Origin: Auanema rhodensis
Lineage: Eukaryota; Animalia; Nematoda
Assembly (NCBI GenBank): GCA_964057225.1
Contig: OZ059896.1
Coordinates: 11,532,001 to 11,596,000, forward strand
Reading direction: 5' to 3'
Length of the DNA stretch: 64,000 nucleotides
Shown: piece by piece, positions 48,436-61,500 of the stretch
Layout of the letters: every line of letters starts with the position of its first letter
Position numbering within the stretch: position 1 is the stretch's first letter
Position numbers and translations under genes: made by a program
The notes under the pieces: model-generated
What the model saw: the letters and a program-made list of their open reading frames with translations, nothing else
Databases searched by the model: none
What the model was told of the DNA's origin: nothing

Positions 48436-49770
48436 ATGGCTAAATTGATAGATTCAAAATCAGCACAAGCCCTTTTACCTAATATCAATTATGGTGATAT
48501 ACCTGCGTCGGCATTAGGTGTTGAATCCACTCGTACTGTACAAGTCCCTTTGAAAAATACTTTTCTTCCTCAAGGACCATGGGAATTTGTTATAGCTCAA
48601 AATTCCAAATCATTCCTCAATCTGAGAAGATGTTGGTTGAATGTAAAATTTAAAATTGTAACCACAAACGGTGATCCAGTACCAGACAACCTTGTTTTTG
48701 CACCATGTCAACAATTTGCTGCCAGTTTAATACATTCGTATCATTTGAAAATTGGCGATGTTAGCGTGTATGACTCTACCGTGAATCATGCCTATAAAAC
48801 ATATATCGAGAATATTTTAATGTATAGCAACGATGTTAAAGAGAGCAAACTTGCCATATCAGGCTATTATGCTGATAGATATATAGATAATGCATCCAGT
48901 GCTGGATTTAGAACGCGTCAAACGCTTGTAAAAAATGGCATATTGTGTGAGATGGCTGCTCCCGTCAGTATCGACCTATTTAATCAAGAGCGACTGTTTG
49001 TAAACTATTCAAAAATGGAGCTAACTGCATATCCAAACCGTGATAACTTTTTAATTGACACTCTAGGCTGGAATAATGAAAACAAGGATACTACATTAAA
49101 GGAGGAGTTTCCAAATTTGAAAGTAGATATCAGCGATGTACATTTGCTCATTCAAGAGTTTGATCTAAACGCTGGATTAGCTATGGCTATAGAAGATAAA
49201 CTCGCAAAGGATCGAATACACTACCCCATGACATCAGTGAAAATGCGCTCTTATTTCATAGAAGGAGGCCGCTTGGATTCACCTAATAATATATTATTCA
49301 CGTCTCATACACCAAAACGTGTTGTAGTAGGTCTTGTTGGCGCACACGCCTATAATGGTACTTTTAAACATTCGCCATTCAACTTTAAACCGTTTGATTT
49401 GAAAAATATATACTTGACGCTCAACAATAGGGTAATACCTACCCGTCCTTATAATTTAGAATGGCGATCTTCCTATGCCACAGCATATATTGACATGCTC
49501 GAAGGTTTGGGACTTGGTCGTACAGATTCATCCAATGGTATTACAACAGCAATGTATAAAGCTGGTTTCACATTTTTTGTATTTGATATTAGTCCTACTG
49601 TGCATTCGTCAGAGTTATTTGATGTTATACGACAAGGTAATGTAGCCTTGAAATTGGAATTTGGTCAACAAACGCCGCAAGAGGGCTTATATGCAATTGT
49701 TTATGCAGAGTATGACTCTATTCTTTCAATTGACAACAATCGTGCTCCATATATTGATACCAGTTTGTAA
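48436..49770 (+). CDS. Major capsid protein (double jelly-roll), 444 aa, intact
   Basis: Polinton PY-like motifs: YKTYIENIL.YS, PKRVVVGLV...AYNG....SPFNF and F.FDISP...G...L...F......IVYAEYD. Confidence 0.9.
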   Translation: MAKLIDSKSAQALLPNINYGDIPASALGVESTRTVQVPLKNTFLPQGPWEFVIAQNSKSFLNLRRCWLNVKFKIVTTNGDPVPDNLVFAPCQQFAASLIHSYHLKIGDVSVYDSTVNHAYKTYIENILMYSNDVKESKLAISGYYADRYIDNASSAGFRTRQTLVKNGILCEMAAPVSIDLFNQERLFVNYSKMELTAYPNRDNFLIDTLGWNNENKDTTLKEEFPNLKVDISDVHLLIQEFDLNAGLAMAIEDKLAKDRIHYPMTSVKMRSYFIEGGRLDSPNNILFTSHTPKRVVVGLVGAHAYNGTFKHSPFNFKPFDLKNIYLTLNNRVIPTRPYNLEWRSSYATAYIDMLEGLGLGRTDSSNGITTAMYKAGFTFFVFDISPTVHSSELFDVIRQGNVALKLEFGQQTPQEGLYAIVYAEYDSILSIDNNRAPYIDTSL

Positions 49771-49908
49771 TGTATGTAATAAAATTCTTTAAAAGATTTA
49801 AGAATAAAATTTATTAATACAACTATTTTTAAAAATAAATACATGTACAATGATAAAATTTTATAAATACAAATATATACAAGATAAAAATTTATAAATT
49901 CAAATATA

Positions 49909-52900
49909 TTAAACACAATAACCGTAGGGTAAAGTACTATAATCTTGAAGATAACAAAGTTTATCCATTACGACTTTAGTACTTTTTGTCATATCCATTG
50001 TGGATATGGCACCGAGTTGCCTCTTTAACAAGGTTGTGTTGGTTTTTAAAACCAATTTCTCTCCATCCATAACGAGACCGCGAACCAGTCGCTCCATACT
50101 TTCAAAGTTTACCACTGACGCTGCCGTGTGGTCCAACGTCTGTAAATTATAAAATTATTTGAAAAGTCAAAGCTCGTACTTACCACTCCCTTTGCCTTTG
50201 TTACATATTTTACATCACCAGCTGCATTTACAAGTTTATAACTATAAACTTTTGCCGCTGGTGACACAAACTTGGTCATTGACCAACCATCGGGTATTTC
50301 AGAGGTTAGTTTACCTAACCATTCACCCTTCATATCCTCAATTGGATCTGGCTCATCCAGGCACCTTTGATAAATTAGTGAATCCGTGTCTAAATAATGT
50401 AAGTTTAAATTGAATACAAGTATAACATTACCTGTATACACCAAATTCTTTCCAATTTTCTCCATTGCCTTATACAATAGTAGCCTTGCATGAGCGGTTG
50501 TATAGGCCGCAATAGCTACATTTGTAAAAGGCGGTGGCGCCAAATGTGAATCCTCTGGTACTGTTGTGCAGTACGCAACATTATCCACAATTTTGAACCC
50601 AGTGAGTTCCCTTGCAGGATCAGTAATGATCCTACCAATTTCTGGGTCCTCAACACCAATAATCTTGGTTTGGGCTTTATCAGGTCTTTGACCCATTTTA
50701 CCCCAGACACTATAAGCAAATTTGTAATGTATTGTTTTAAAAAGTTTACAAACCTATTTAGCTGCAGTTTGGCAATGCTACGCATGGCAGCATTCTTTTC
50801 AATTTTATTGCTCTCCAGAGCAACACCAGTGTTCTCCTCGTGTTCTTGGAGATAAATCATCTGTAAAATTCTATTTAATGTGATACTTTTATTAAAACAT
50901 ACCTTTTCTTCCTCTGTCATGTTTGGCTTTGGCCAGCCCGACGCCTCTTGTTTAATTTTTATGTACTTTTGTACAAACTCTTTAAACAGGCCGCCTTGTT
51001 GCCATTCTTCCCAGTGCCACACCTCATGCACATTAAGCACTTTATAGCCACGTTGTATGGCACACTCGAGCTCAACATGTGTCACGGTTAGATGCAGCTT
51101 TCTAGCATTTACATCATTCTGGTGCTCACATGTTACATTTTTACTTTTGACTGCACAAGTGCGGCAGTTTGTAAAAATTAATTTACCGCCAATACGTGTG
51201 CCTAATACAGGGTACAGCAAATTTGTGGGTGCAAGCACGTCACATTTTACTAGCCCCTTGTATGGGCAACATGTCTCAAAGCTTTTGAAACCCTCAGTAA
51301 TAACTTTGGGATTACCTACAGGGTAATAGGCATCAAAGGCTGTGACATATGGATATAGTGAACAAAAGTCCACATACTCGAGCGAGTATCTATCCGAAGC
51401 TTGTGCCAAAAGCTTATATGTCTGGGTGCGGCCACCGGTAAAGGCATCTCTAGGTGCCAAGCGTGTAACAACATTTGTTTCACGCATAAATTTCGCCATT
51501 TCTTCATTGGCCGAAATTTGTGCATTAATTTCGTGCTCCCACACTGTGGTAACACTAATGCCTTGGCTTTGAATTGCTTCAAGCCTTTTCATGGTTTTAT
51601 CATAAACCTAAATTTTAAAAATTAAAATGATTAAAAAAGTCACAATTACCTCTTCCATTGTTTCACCATTTCTGCCTGGTGCTATAGCGCTCTTGTTGGT
51701 GCACTGGGGGCAACCATGGTAAATACAACCATTAATCTACAAAAATTTGCACTTTTTACATTTATCACAAATTACTCACCTCATAGCCATGATTGGCAAC
51801 GGGGTCATAAGCATCGAGTAGATAGCGATGGCCATCTACTCTCACTGCAAATTCACCACCATTAAGCTTATGCATTAATGGGCGGCCCAATCCTTGTTCT
51901 AGCCATTTTATATACTTTATGGCTATTATACTCTGCTTTTGACCGGCATAATAACCAGTCTCGGGCAGAATACCCACTTGGTTCTCTTTAATGTGGTTCA
52001 TTTTCAACTGTAATATAATAGTTTTGAAAATGCTTGTATTTTAAAAAACTTGCCTGGAATAAAGAGAAACTGGCAAATGTCATACATTGTATGACAGGGT
52101 TCCAGCCAGTGGTGGCGGTTGCCAACTTCATGTAAACTTTCATACAGTTGGTTAAAATACGGACATCTGTCCTACAATATTCCAAAAGCTCTTCATCAAA
52201 ATCAAACGCTCTTTGATTACGCTCTTCATACCAAATATCGAATGAAGCTAGGTCTTCTGCTTTCATTCTAGCAGTACAATAGTACTGTTTTGGTGGTAAA
52301 GATGGCAACACTTTGCCATAATTTATTGGGTGATTATAGAGGTAAGGAAACTGTCCTTTACTCATATCAGGTACACCAAATGCCTTGGGTAACGCTGATA
52401 GGGGTAAAGGCACTAATAAATAACTATCTTTAAAATATAAATGATTAAATTTTTGACCTCTTAAAGGCTTGACAACCATGCTTATAATCTTGGTCCCATT
52501 TAAAATTGGATCAGGATATATTCCACGGTTTATCAGCCTAGACACCAAGAAATGTATGTCAAAGCGTGAACCATTATGCGCAATCAAAATTGCATTATCA
52601 TTCTCAACAGAGTTGAGTAACCAATCAAGGAAACGATCTGTTACAGACCATTCACTATCACCTTGTTGGTACCCAAAATGGCCCTCCTTGGTTGTGCATT
52701 TTTCGCATGAATTGGCGTCTATACAACTTTCACAAAATTTATTATACACAACCATATTGGGCCATTGTTCATCTGCATATTCATGAACATTTGTACCGCT
52801 TTTTAACACAACCGTTTCAAAGTCATAGAATATAATCTTAAACAAGTAAGTATTACACTTGTAAAGATGTTAAATACAAACCTTGTATTTCTCTTGCCTC

Positions 52901-54124
52901 TTTTTTAACTGATCCTTCTTCTTGTCGTTAGGTGGTACCCAACAACAAGAGTGATCTTCAGGCTTTGTTTGCCCACACTTTTTGCAAAATTTCTCATTGC
53001 AATTGTGCGGTCTATCAGCACGCACCCTGTGATAATGATCACAGTTTTCACATGTCTGAATTTAGTCATGTTAAATTTTATATATATTTTTTAAATTACC
53101 TTAAACATTCGACATGTTTTTCTAATATGCCTGTCAAAGCATTGACGAGTTTTGAACAAAACTCTACAACTATCACATCTTATGCTACTCTCAACCACAT
53201 TTTCCATCGAATTACATTTTAAGGTGTGGCATTTCTTACACTTGGCTTTACATCTATGCAACACTGTTTTGTAAGATAATTTACAGTGTTGGCATATAAT
53301 ACCATCAAAAATCTGTGATCTACTACAAGTTGTAATACAGTCATAATGATTATTTCGGTAGCCTAGTGTTACCACTTTGCTAGCCGTTTCATTAAAGATA
53401 CGCTGAATAGCGTACATACGCTGTCCAGGTGGCCTAGCGTATACTACAAACTTATAGTCTGTATTACAACTTGCAATAATATTTAAATGGTTCAAATTAT
53501 AATTTGGTAAATGTACAGAAATACCACACCTATTCAATAAATTGATATGATGTGGTTGATTTGGCAACAAGATGTAGTTGCGACGAAGATTTTGAATCCT
53601 CCGCTTCTCAACAACATCTTCTGCTGCCTCTTCATCGGCTCTCCACATTCCCACAACTGCTGCTCTAGCCAGGCAATGAGTGTCAGTGTTTTCAATTGTG
53701 CCAGGTATTTTGAGTTCGGCATCAAAATAGAAACCAACTCTACCTTCACCAGGCATCAGGCTTGGCTGCGCTGGCCTTTCATCAAACACATACATCTCAA
53801 TATTCATTGCCTGGCTGATCACAGCCTCTCGTTTTGATTGCTGCACCTTGCTGATGGCATTCATAATGGCTACGCCATCCAGATGCTCCCTTCTACGAAA
53901 GTCCATAAATATGGAGCCCTTTTCAAAGGAAGGGTGCTCAATTGATAAACAGAAAAATTATCAGGCACACCGCTTTCAGCAAGACAACGATCAAGGAATT
54001 CGTTGAATAACCGCGGCATGATAACATGCATTGGTTCATCAACATTTTCCAAGTGTGGGAACGTGAGCGATCGAACGACCACGTTGGTAAAACGACCGGT
54101 GCGTTTTATGCGCCGGTGTGACCA
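49909..54124 (-). pseudogene. polB: Spliced pPolB of copy B; nine short introns, a 10-nt frameshifting deletion near 53957, 5' exons missing
   Basis: All exonuclease and polymerase motifs are present (YDFET, HNGSRFD, YCRTD, DFCSLYP, LNSVWGK, YTDTDS), plus a VSR-like insert (YE.NGC.YHGC...VWEHE). Confidence 0.92.
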
Positions 54125-55222
54125 CTATAATAAACAACATTTATAACAGTTTACATGCTTTTTTTTATTTTTATTTTTAAAAGTTTAAATAAAAATAGTT
54201 TTAAGAATATATATGAATTGTTTCATCTTTTGCTTAAAATTATTATGTCTCTTTGTTTGTTATAGTCGTTATTTTTTATTTAATTGAAATGTTTTCAAAT
54301 ATATGTTTAGTTTGTTTCAAAACGATTAGAAAAATACAAAATATTTAAATGTTTCAGTTTTTGAGCATCATTTTTTTTAATGATTAAAAATTTAATAAAT
54401 AAAAATTAAATAATAGTAGAATTATAAAATTGTTTAAAATATATATAAATAAAAGAGATGAAGTGAAATGGTTTAGAAAATACAAAATATTTAAATGTTT
54501 CAGTTTTTGAGCATCACAATATTGAAATTTAAATGTTTTTTAGTGATTAAAAATTTAATAAACGAAATTATGAAAAAGTGATAGAAATTTAAATTTGTTC
54601 AAGATATGTGATTAAATAAAAGAGATGAAGTGAAATGGCTTAGAAAATATAAATCAATTTCATGTTTCAGTTTTTGAGCATCACAATATTGAAATTTAAA
54701 TGTTTTTTTTTTTAATGATTAAAAATTTAAAAAATGAAATTATGAAATAGTGGTAGAAATATAAAATTGTTTAAAATAGATGGAGTGAAATGGTTTAGAA
54801 AAAACAAAATATTTAAATGTTTCTGTTTTTGCGCATCAAAATATTTAAATTTAAGTGTAATTTAATGATTAAAAAGTTTAATAAATAAAAATTATAAAGT
54901 AGTGGTAAATATTTAAAATTGTTTAAAATATGAAATTAAATAAAAGAGATGAAGTGAAATGGTTTAGAAAATACAAAATATTTAAATGTGTCAGTTTTTG
55001 AGCATCAAAATATTTAAATTTAAGTGTATTTTAATGAATAAAAATTTAATAAATGATATTATGGCATGGATTTGGGATAAGATTTTATTTTATTTTTCAA
55101 AAAGTCACCAAATGTATGATGATTTGTTTAAAAATAGATGGCAGAATTTAAAATTGCTCAAGATATGTAATCAAATAAAAGATATAGAGTGAAAAGAATT
55201 GTAACATGAAAAAAAAAAAAAG
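54125..55222 (-). repeat. polB intron 4 of copy B, containing five diverged satellite monomers and no Tc1
   Basis: GAGCATCA/GCGCATCA cores near 54363, 54509, 54676, 54830 and 55000. Also copied at ~35215-36250 and ~39003-40038. Confidence 0.88.
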
Positions 55223-55519
55223 TAATAGTAAAAAGTAACGAATATTAATTCGATAAGATTGGTGAAACAGATACGTTGACCTACAATGAACCAAATGGCA
55301 AAGCACTTGTTCATTAAAGTATAACAATTAGCTGTATAGCATATGCATCAAGATTTCTAATATTCTCAAATTACGTGGAAAGAAGAGTATATAGAAAAAG
55401 TTTTAGTGTGTATATTACTAATATTCTAATACACTAACTCAATGGAACACATATCAAAGATTAATTCGATAAGATCGATAAGAAGAAACAGGTGCGCTGA
55501 CCACAACAATTCATGCGTA

Positions 55520-58500
55520 TTTTTAATCATTGAAAAACATTTAAATTTCAATATTGTGATGCTCAAAAACTGAAACATTTAAATATTTTGTATTTTCTAA
55601 ACCATTTCATTCCATCTCTTTTTTTTAATCCCATATTTCAAACAACTTTATATTTCTACCACAATTTCATAATTTCATTTTTTAAATTTTTAATCATTAA
55701 GAAACATTTACATTTCAATATTGTGATGCTCAAAAACTGAAACATTTAAATATTTTGTATTTTCTAAACCATTTCACTAAATCTATTTTATTTAATTCCA
55801 TATTTTAAACAATTTTATAATTCTAAAACTATTTCATAATTTCATTCTTTAAATTTTTAATCATTAAAAAACATATAAATTTCAATATTGTGATGATCAA
55901 AAACTGAAACATTTAAATATTTTGTATTTTCTAAACCATTTCACTAAATCTATTTTATTTAATCCCATATTTTAAACAACTTCATATTTCTACCACAATT
56001 TCATAATTTCATTTTTTAAATTTCTAATCATTAAAAAACATTTAAATTTCAATATTGTGATGCTGAAAAACTGAAACATTTAAATATTTTGTATTTTCTA
56101 AACCATTTCACTAAATCTATTTTATTTAATCCCATATTTTAAACAATTTTATAATTCTACCACTATTTCATAATTTCATTCTTTAAATTTTTAATCATTA
56201 AAAAACATATAAATTTCAATATTGTGATACTCAAAAACTGAAACATTTGAATATTTTATATTTTCTAAACCATTTCACTCCATCTCTTTTATTTAATTCC
56301 ATTTTTTAAACAATTTTATAATTCTACGACTATTTCATAATTTCATTTTTTAAATTTTTAATCATTAAAAAACATTTAAATTTCAATATTGTGATGCTCA
56401 AAAACTGAAACATTTAAATATTTTGTATTTTCTAAACCATTTCACTAAATCTATTTTATTTAATTCCATTTTTTAAACAATTTTATAATTCTACGACTAT
56501 TTCATAATTTCATTTTTTAAATTTTTAATCATTAAAAAACATTTAAATTTCAATATTGTGATGCTCAAAAACTGAAACATTTAAATATTTTGTATTTTCT
56601 AAACCATTTCACTAAATCTATTTCATTTAATTCCATTTTTTAAACAATTTTATAATTCTACCACTATTTCATAATTTCATTCTTTAAAATTTTAATCATT
56701 AAAAAACATATAAATTTCAATATTGTGATACTCAAAAACTGAAACATTTGAATATTTTATATTTTCTAAACCATTTCACTCCATCTCTTTTATTTAATTC
56801 CATTTTTTAAACAATTTTATAATTCTACGACTATTTCATAATTTCATTCTTTAAATTTTTAATCATTAAAAAACATTTAAATTTCAATATTGTGATGCTC
56901 AAAAACTGAAACATTTAAATATTTTGTATTTTCTAAACCATTTCACTAAATCTATTTTATTTAATCCCATATTTTAAACAATTTTATAATTCTACCACTA
57001 TTTCATAATTTCATTCTTTAAATTTTTAATCATTAAAAAACATATAAATTTCAATATTGTGATACTCAAAAACTGAAACATTTAAATATTTTGTATTTTC
57101 TTAACCATTTCACCAAATCTTTTTTATTTAATTCCATATTTTAAACAATTTTATAATTCTACCTCTATTTCATAATTTCATTCTTTAAAATTTTAATCAT
57201 TAAAAAACATATAAATTTAAATATTGTGATGATCAAAACTGAAACATTTAAACATTTTGTATTTTCCAAACCATTTCACTAAATCTATTTTATTTAATCC
57301 CATATTTTAAACAATTTTATAATTCTACCACTATTTCATAATTTCATTCTTTAAAATTTTAATCATTAAAAAACATATAAATTTAAATATTGTGATGATC
57401 AAAACTGAAACATTTAAATATTTTGTATTTTCCAAACCATTTCACTAAATCTATTTTATTTAATCCCATATTTTAAACAATTTTATAATTCTACGACTAT
57501 TTCATAACTTCATTTTTTAAGTTTTTAATCATTAAAAAACATTTAAATTTCAATATTGTGATGCTCAAAAACTGAAACATTTAAATATTTTGTATTTTCT
57601 AAACCATTTCACTAAATCTATTTTATTTAATTCCATATTTTAAACAATTTCATAATTCTACGACTATTTCATAACTTCATTTTTTAAGTTTTTAATCATT
57701 AAAAAACATATAAATTTCAATATTGTGATGATCAAAAACTGAAACATTTAAATATTTTGTATTTTCCAAACCATTTCACTAAATCTATTTTATTTAATTC
57801 CATATTATAAACAATTTCATAATTCCACGACTATTTCATAACTTCATTTTTTAAGTTTTTAATCATTAAAAAATATATAAATTTCAATATTGTGATGATC
57901 AAAAACTGAAACATTTAAATATTTTGTATTTTCTAAACCATTTCACTAAATCTATTTTATTTAATCCCATATTTTAAACAACTTCATATTTCTACCACAA
58001 TTTCATAATTTCATTTTTTAAATTTCTAATCATTAAAAAACATTTAAATTTCTATATTGTGATGCTGAAAAACTGAAACATTTAAATATTTTGTATTTTC
58101 TAAACCATTTCACTAAATCTATTTTATTTAATCCCATATTTTAAACAATTTTATAATTCTACCACTATTTCATAATTTCATTCTTTAAATTTTTAATCAT
58201 TAAAAAACATATAAATTTCAATATTGTGATACTCAAAAACTGAAACATTTGAATATTTTATATTTTCTAAACCATTTCACTCCATCTCTTTTATTTAATT
58301 CCATTTTTTAAACAATTTTATAATTCTACGACTATTTCATAATTTCATTTTTTAAATTTTTAATCATTAAAAAACATTTAAATTTCAATATTGTGATGCT
58401 CAAAAACTGAAACATTTAAATATTTTGTATTTTCTAAACCATTTCACTAAATCTATTTTATTTAATTCCATTTTTTAAACAATTTTATAATTCTACCACT

Positions 58501-61500
58501 ATTTCATAATTTCATTCTTTAAAATTTTAATCATTAAAAAACATATAAATTTCAATATTGTGATACTCAAAAACTGAAACATTTGAATATTTTATATTTT
58601 CTAAACCATTTCACTCCATCTCTTTTATTTAATTCCATTTTTTAAACAATTTTATAATTCTACGACTATTTCATAATTTCATTCTTTAAATTTTTAATCA
58701 TTAAAAAACATTTAAATTTCAATATTGTGATGCTCAAAAACTGAAACATTTAAATATTTTGTATTTTCTAAACCATTTCACTAAATCTATTTTATTTAAT
58801 CCCATATTTTAATCAATTTTATAATTCTACCACTATTTCATAATTTCATTCTTTAAATTTTTAATCATTAAAAAACATATAAATTTCAATATTGTGATAC
58901 TCAAAAACTGAAACATTTGAATATTTTATATTTTCTAAACCATTTCACTCCATCTCTTTTATTTAATTCCATTTTTTAAACAATTTTATAATTCTACGAC
59001 TATTTCATAATTTCATTCTTTAAATTTTTAATCATTAAAAAACATATAAATTTCAATATTGTGATGCTCAAAAACTGAAACATTTAAATATTTTGTATTT
59101 TCTTAACCATTTCACCAAATCTTTTTTATTTAATTCCATATTTTAAACAATTTTATAATTCTACCACTATTTCATAATTTCATTCTTTAAAATTTTAATC
59201 ATTAAAAAACATATAAATTTAAATATTGTGATGATCAAAACTGAAACATTTAAATATTTTGTATTTTCCAAACCATTTCACTAAATCTATTTTATTTAAT
59301 CCCATATTTTAAACAATTTTATAATTCTACGACTATTTCATAACTTCATTTTTTAAGTTTTTAATCATTAAAAAACATTTAAATTTCAATATTGTGATGC
59401 TCAAAAACTGAAACATTTAAATATTTTGTATTTTCTAAACCATTTCACTAAATCTATTTTATTTAATTCCATATTTTAAACAATTTCATAATTCTACGAC
59501 TATTTCATAACTTCATTTTTTAAGTTTTTAATCATTAAAAAACATATAAATTTCAATATTGTGATGCTCAAAAACTGAAACATTTAAATATTTTGTATTT
59601 TCTAAACCATTTCACTAAATCTATTTTATTTAATCCCATATTTTAAACAATTTTATAATTCTACGACTATTTCATAACTTCATTTTTTAAGTTTTTAATC
59701 ATTAAAAAACATATAAATTTCAATATTGTGATGATCAAAAACTGAAACATTTAAATATTTTGTATTTTCCAAACCATTTCACTAAATCTATTTTATTTAA
59801 TTCCATATTATAAACAATTTCATAATTCCACGACTATTTCATAACTTCATTTTTTAAGTTTTTAATCATTAAAAAACATTTAAATTTCAATATTGTGATG
59901 CTCAAAAACTGAAACATTTAAATATTTTGTATTTTCCAAACCATTTCACTAAATCTATTTTATTTAATTCCATATTTTAAACAATTTTATAATTCTACCA
60001 CTATTTCATAATTTCATTCTTTAAATTTTTAATCATTAAGAAACATTTACATTTCAATATTGTGATGCTCAAAAACTGAAACATTTAAATATTTTGTATT
60101 TTCTAAACCATTTCACTAAATCTATATTATTTAATCCCATATTTTGAACAATTTTATAATTCTACGACTATTTCATAACTTCATTTTTTAAGTTTTTAAT
60201 CATTAAAAAACATTTAAATTTAAATATTGTGATGCTCAAAAACTGAAACATTTAAATATTTTGTATTTTCCAAACCATTTCACTAAATCTATTTTATTTA
60301 ATTCCATATTATAAACAATTTCATAATTCCACGACTATTTCATAACTTCATTTTTTAAGTTTTTAATCATTAAGAAACATTTACATTTCAATATTGTGAT
60401 GCTCAAAAACTGAAACATTTAAATATTTTGTATTTTCCAAACCATTTCACTAAATCTATTTTATTTAATTCCATATTTTAAACAATTTTATAATTCTACG
60501 ACTATTTCATAACTTCATTTTTTAAGTTTTTAATCATTAAAAAACATTTAAATTTAAATATTGTGATGCTCAAAAACTGAAACATTTAAATATTTTGTAT
60601 TTTCCAAACCATTTCACTAAATCTATTTTATTTAATCCCATATTTTAAACAATTTTATAATTCTACGACTATTTCATAACTTCATTTTTTAAGTTTTTAA
60701 TCATTAAAAAACATTTAAATTTCAATATTGTGATGCTCAAAAACTGAAACATTTAAATATTTTGTATTTTCCAAACCATTTCACTAAATCTATTTTATTT
60801 AATTCCATATTATAAACAATTTCATAATTCCACGACTATTTCATAACTTCATTTTTTAAGTTTTTAATCATTAAAAAACATTTAAATTTCAATATTGTGA
60901 TGCTCAAAAACTGAAACATTTAAATATTTTGTATTTTCCAAACCATTTCACTAAATCTATTTTATTTAATTCCATATTTTAAACAATTTTATAATTCTAC
61001 CACTATTTCATAATTTCATTCTTTAAATTTTTAATCATTAAGAAACATTTACATTTCAATATTGTGATGCTCAAAAACTGAAACATTTAAATATTTTGTA
61101 TTTTCTAAACCATTTCACTAAATCTATATTATTTAATCCCATATTTTGAACAATTTTATAATTCTACCACTATTTCATAATTTCATTCTTTAAATTTCTA
61201 ATCATTGAAAAACATATAAATTTCAATATTGTGATGATCAAAAACTGAAACATTTAAATATTTTGTATTTTCTAAACCATTTCACTAAATCTATTTTATT
61301 TAATTCCATATTTTAAACAATTTTATAATTCTACGACTATTTGATAATTTCATTTTTTAAATTTTCAATCATTAAAAAACATTTAAATTTCAATATTGTG
61401 ATGCTCAAAAACTGAAACATTTAAATATTTTGTATTTTCTAAACCATTTCACTAAATCTATTTTATTTAATCCCATATTTTAAACTATTTTATAATTCTA

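Larger units (their letters stand above)
40597..55222. mobile_element. Maverick/Polinton copy B, near-complete; the right TIR and polB exons 1-4 are lost
   Basis: Terminal AGTAGAGAG followed by INT, ATPase, penton, protease, MCP and pPolB. Confidence 0.96.
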
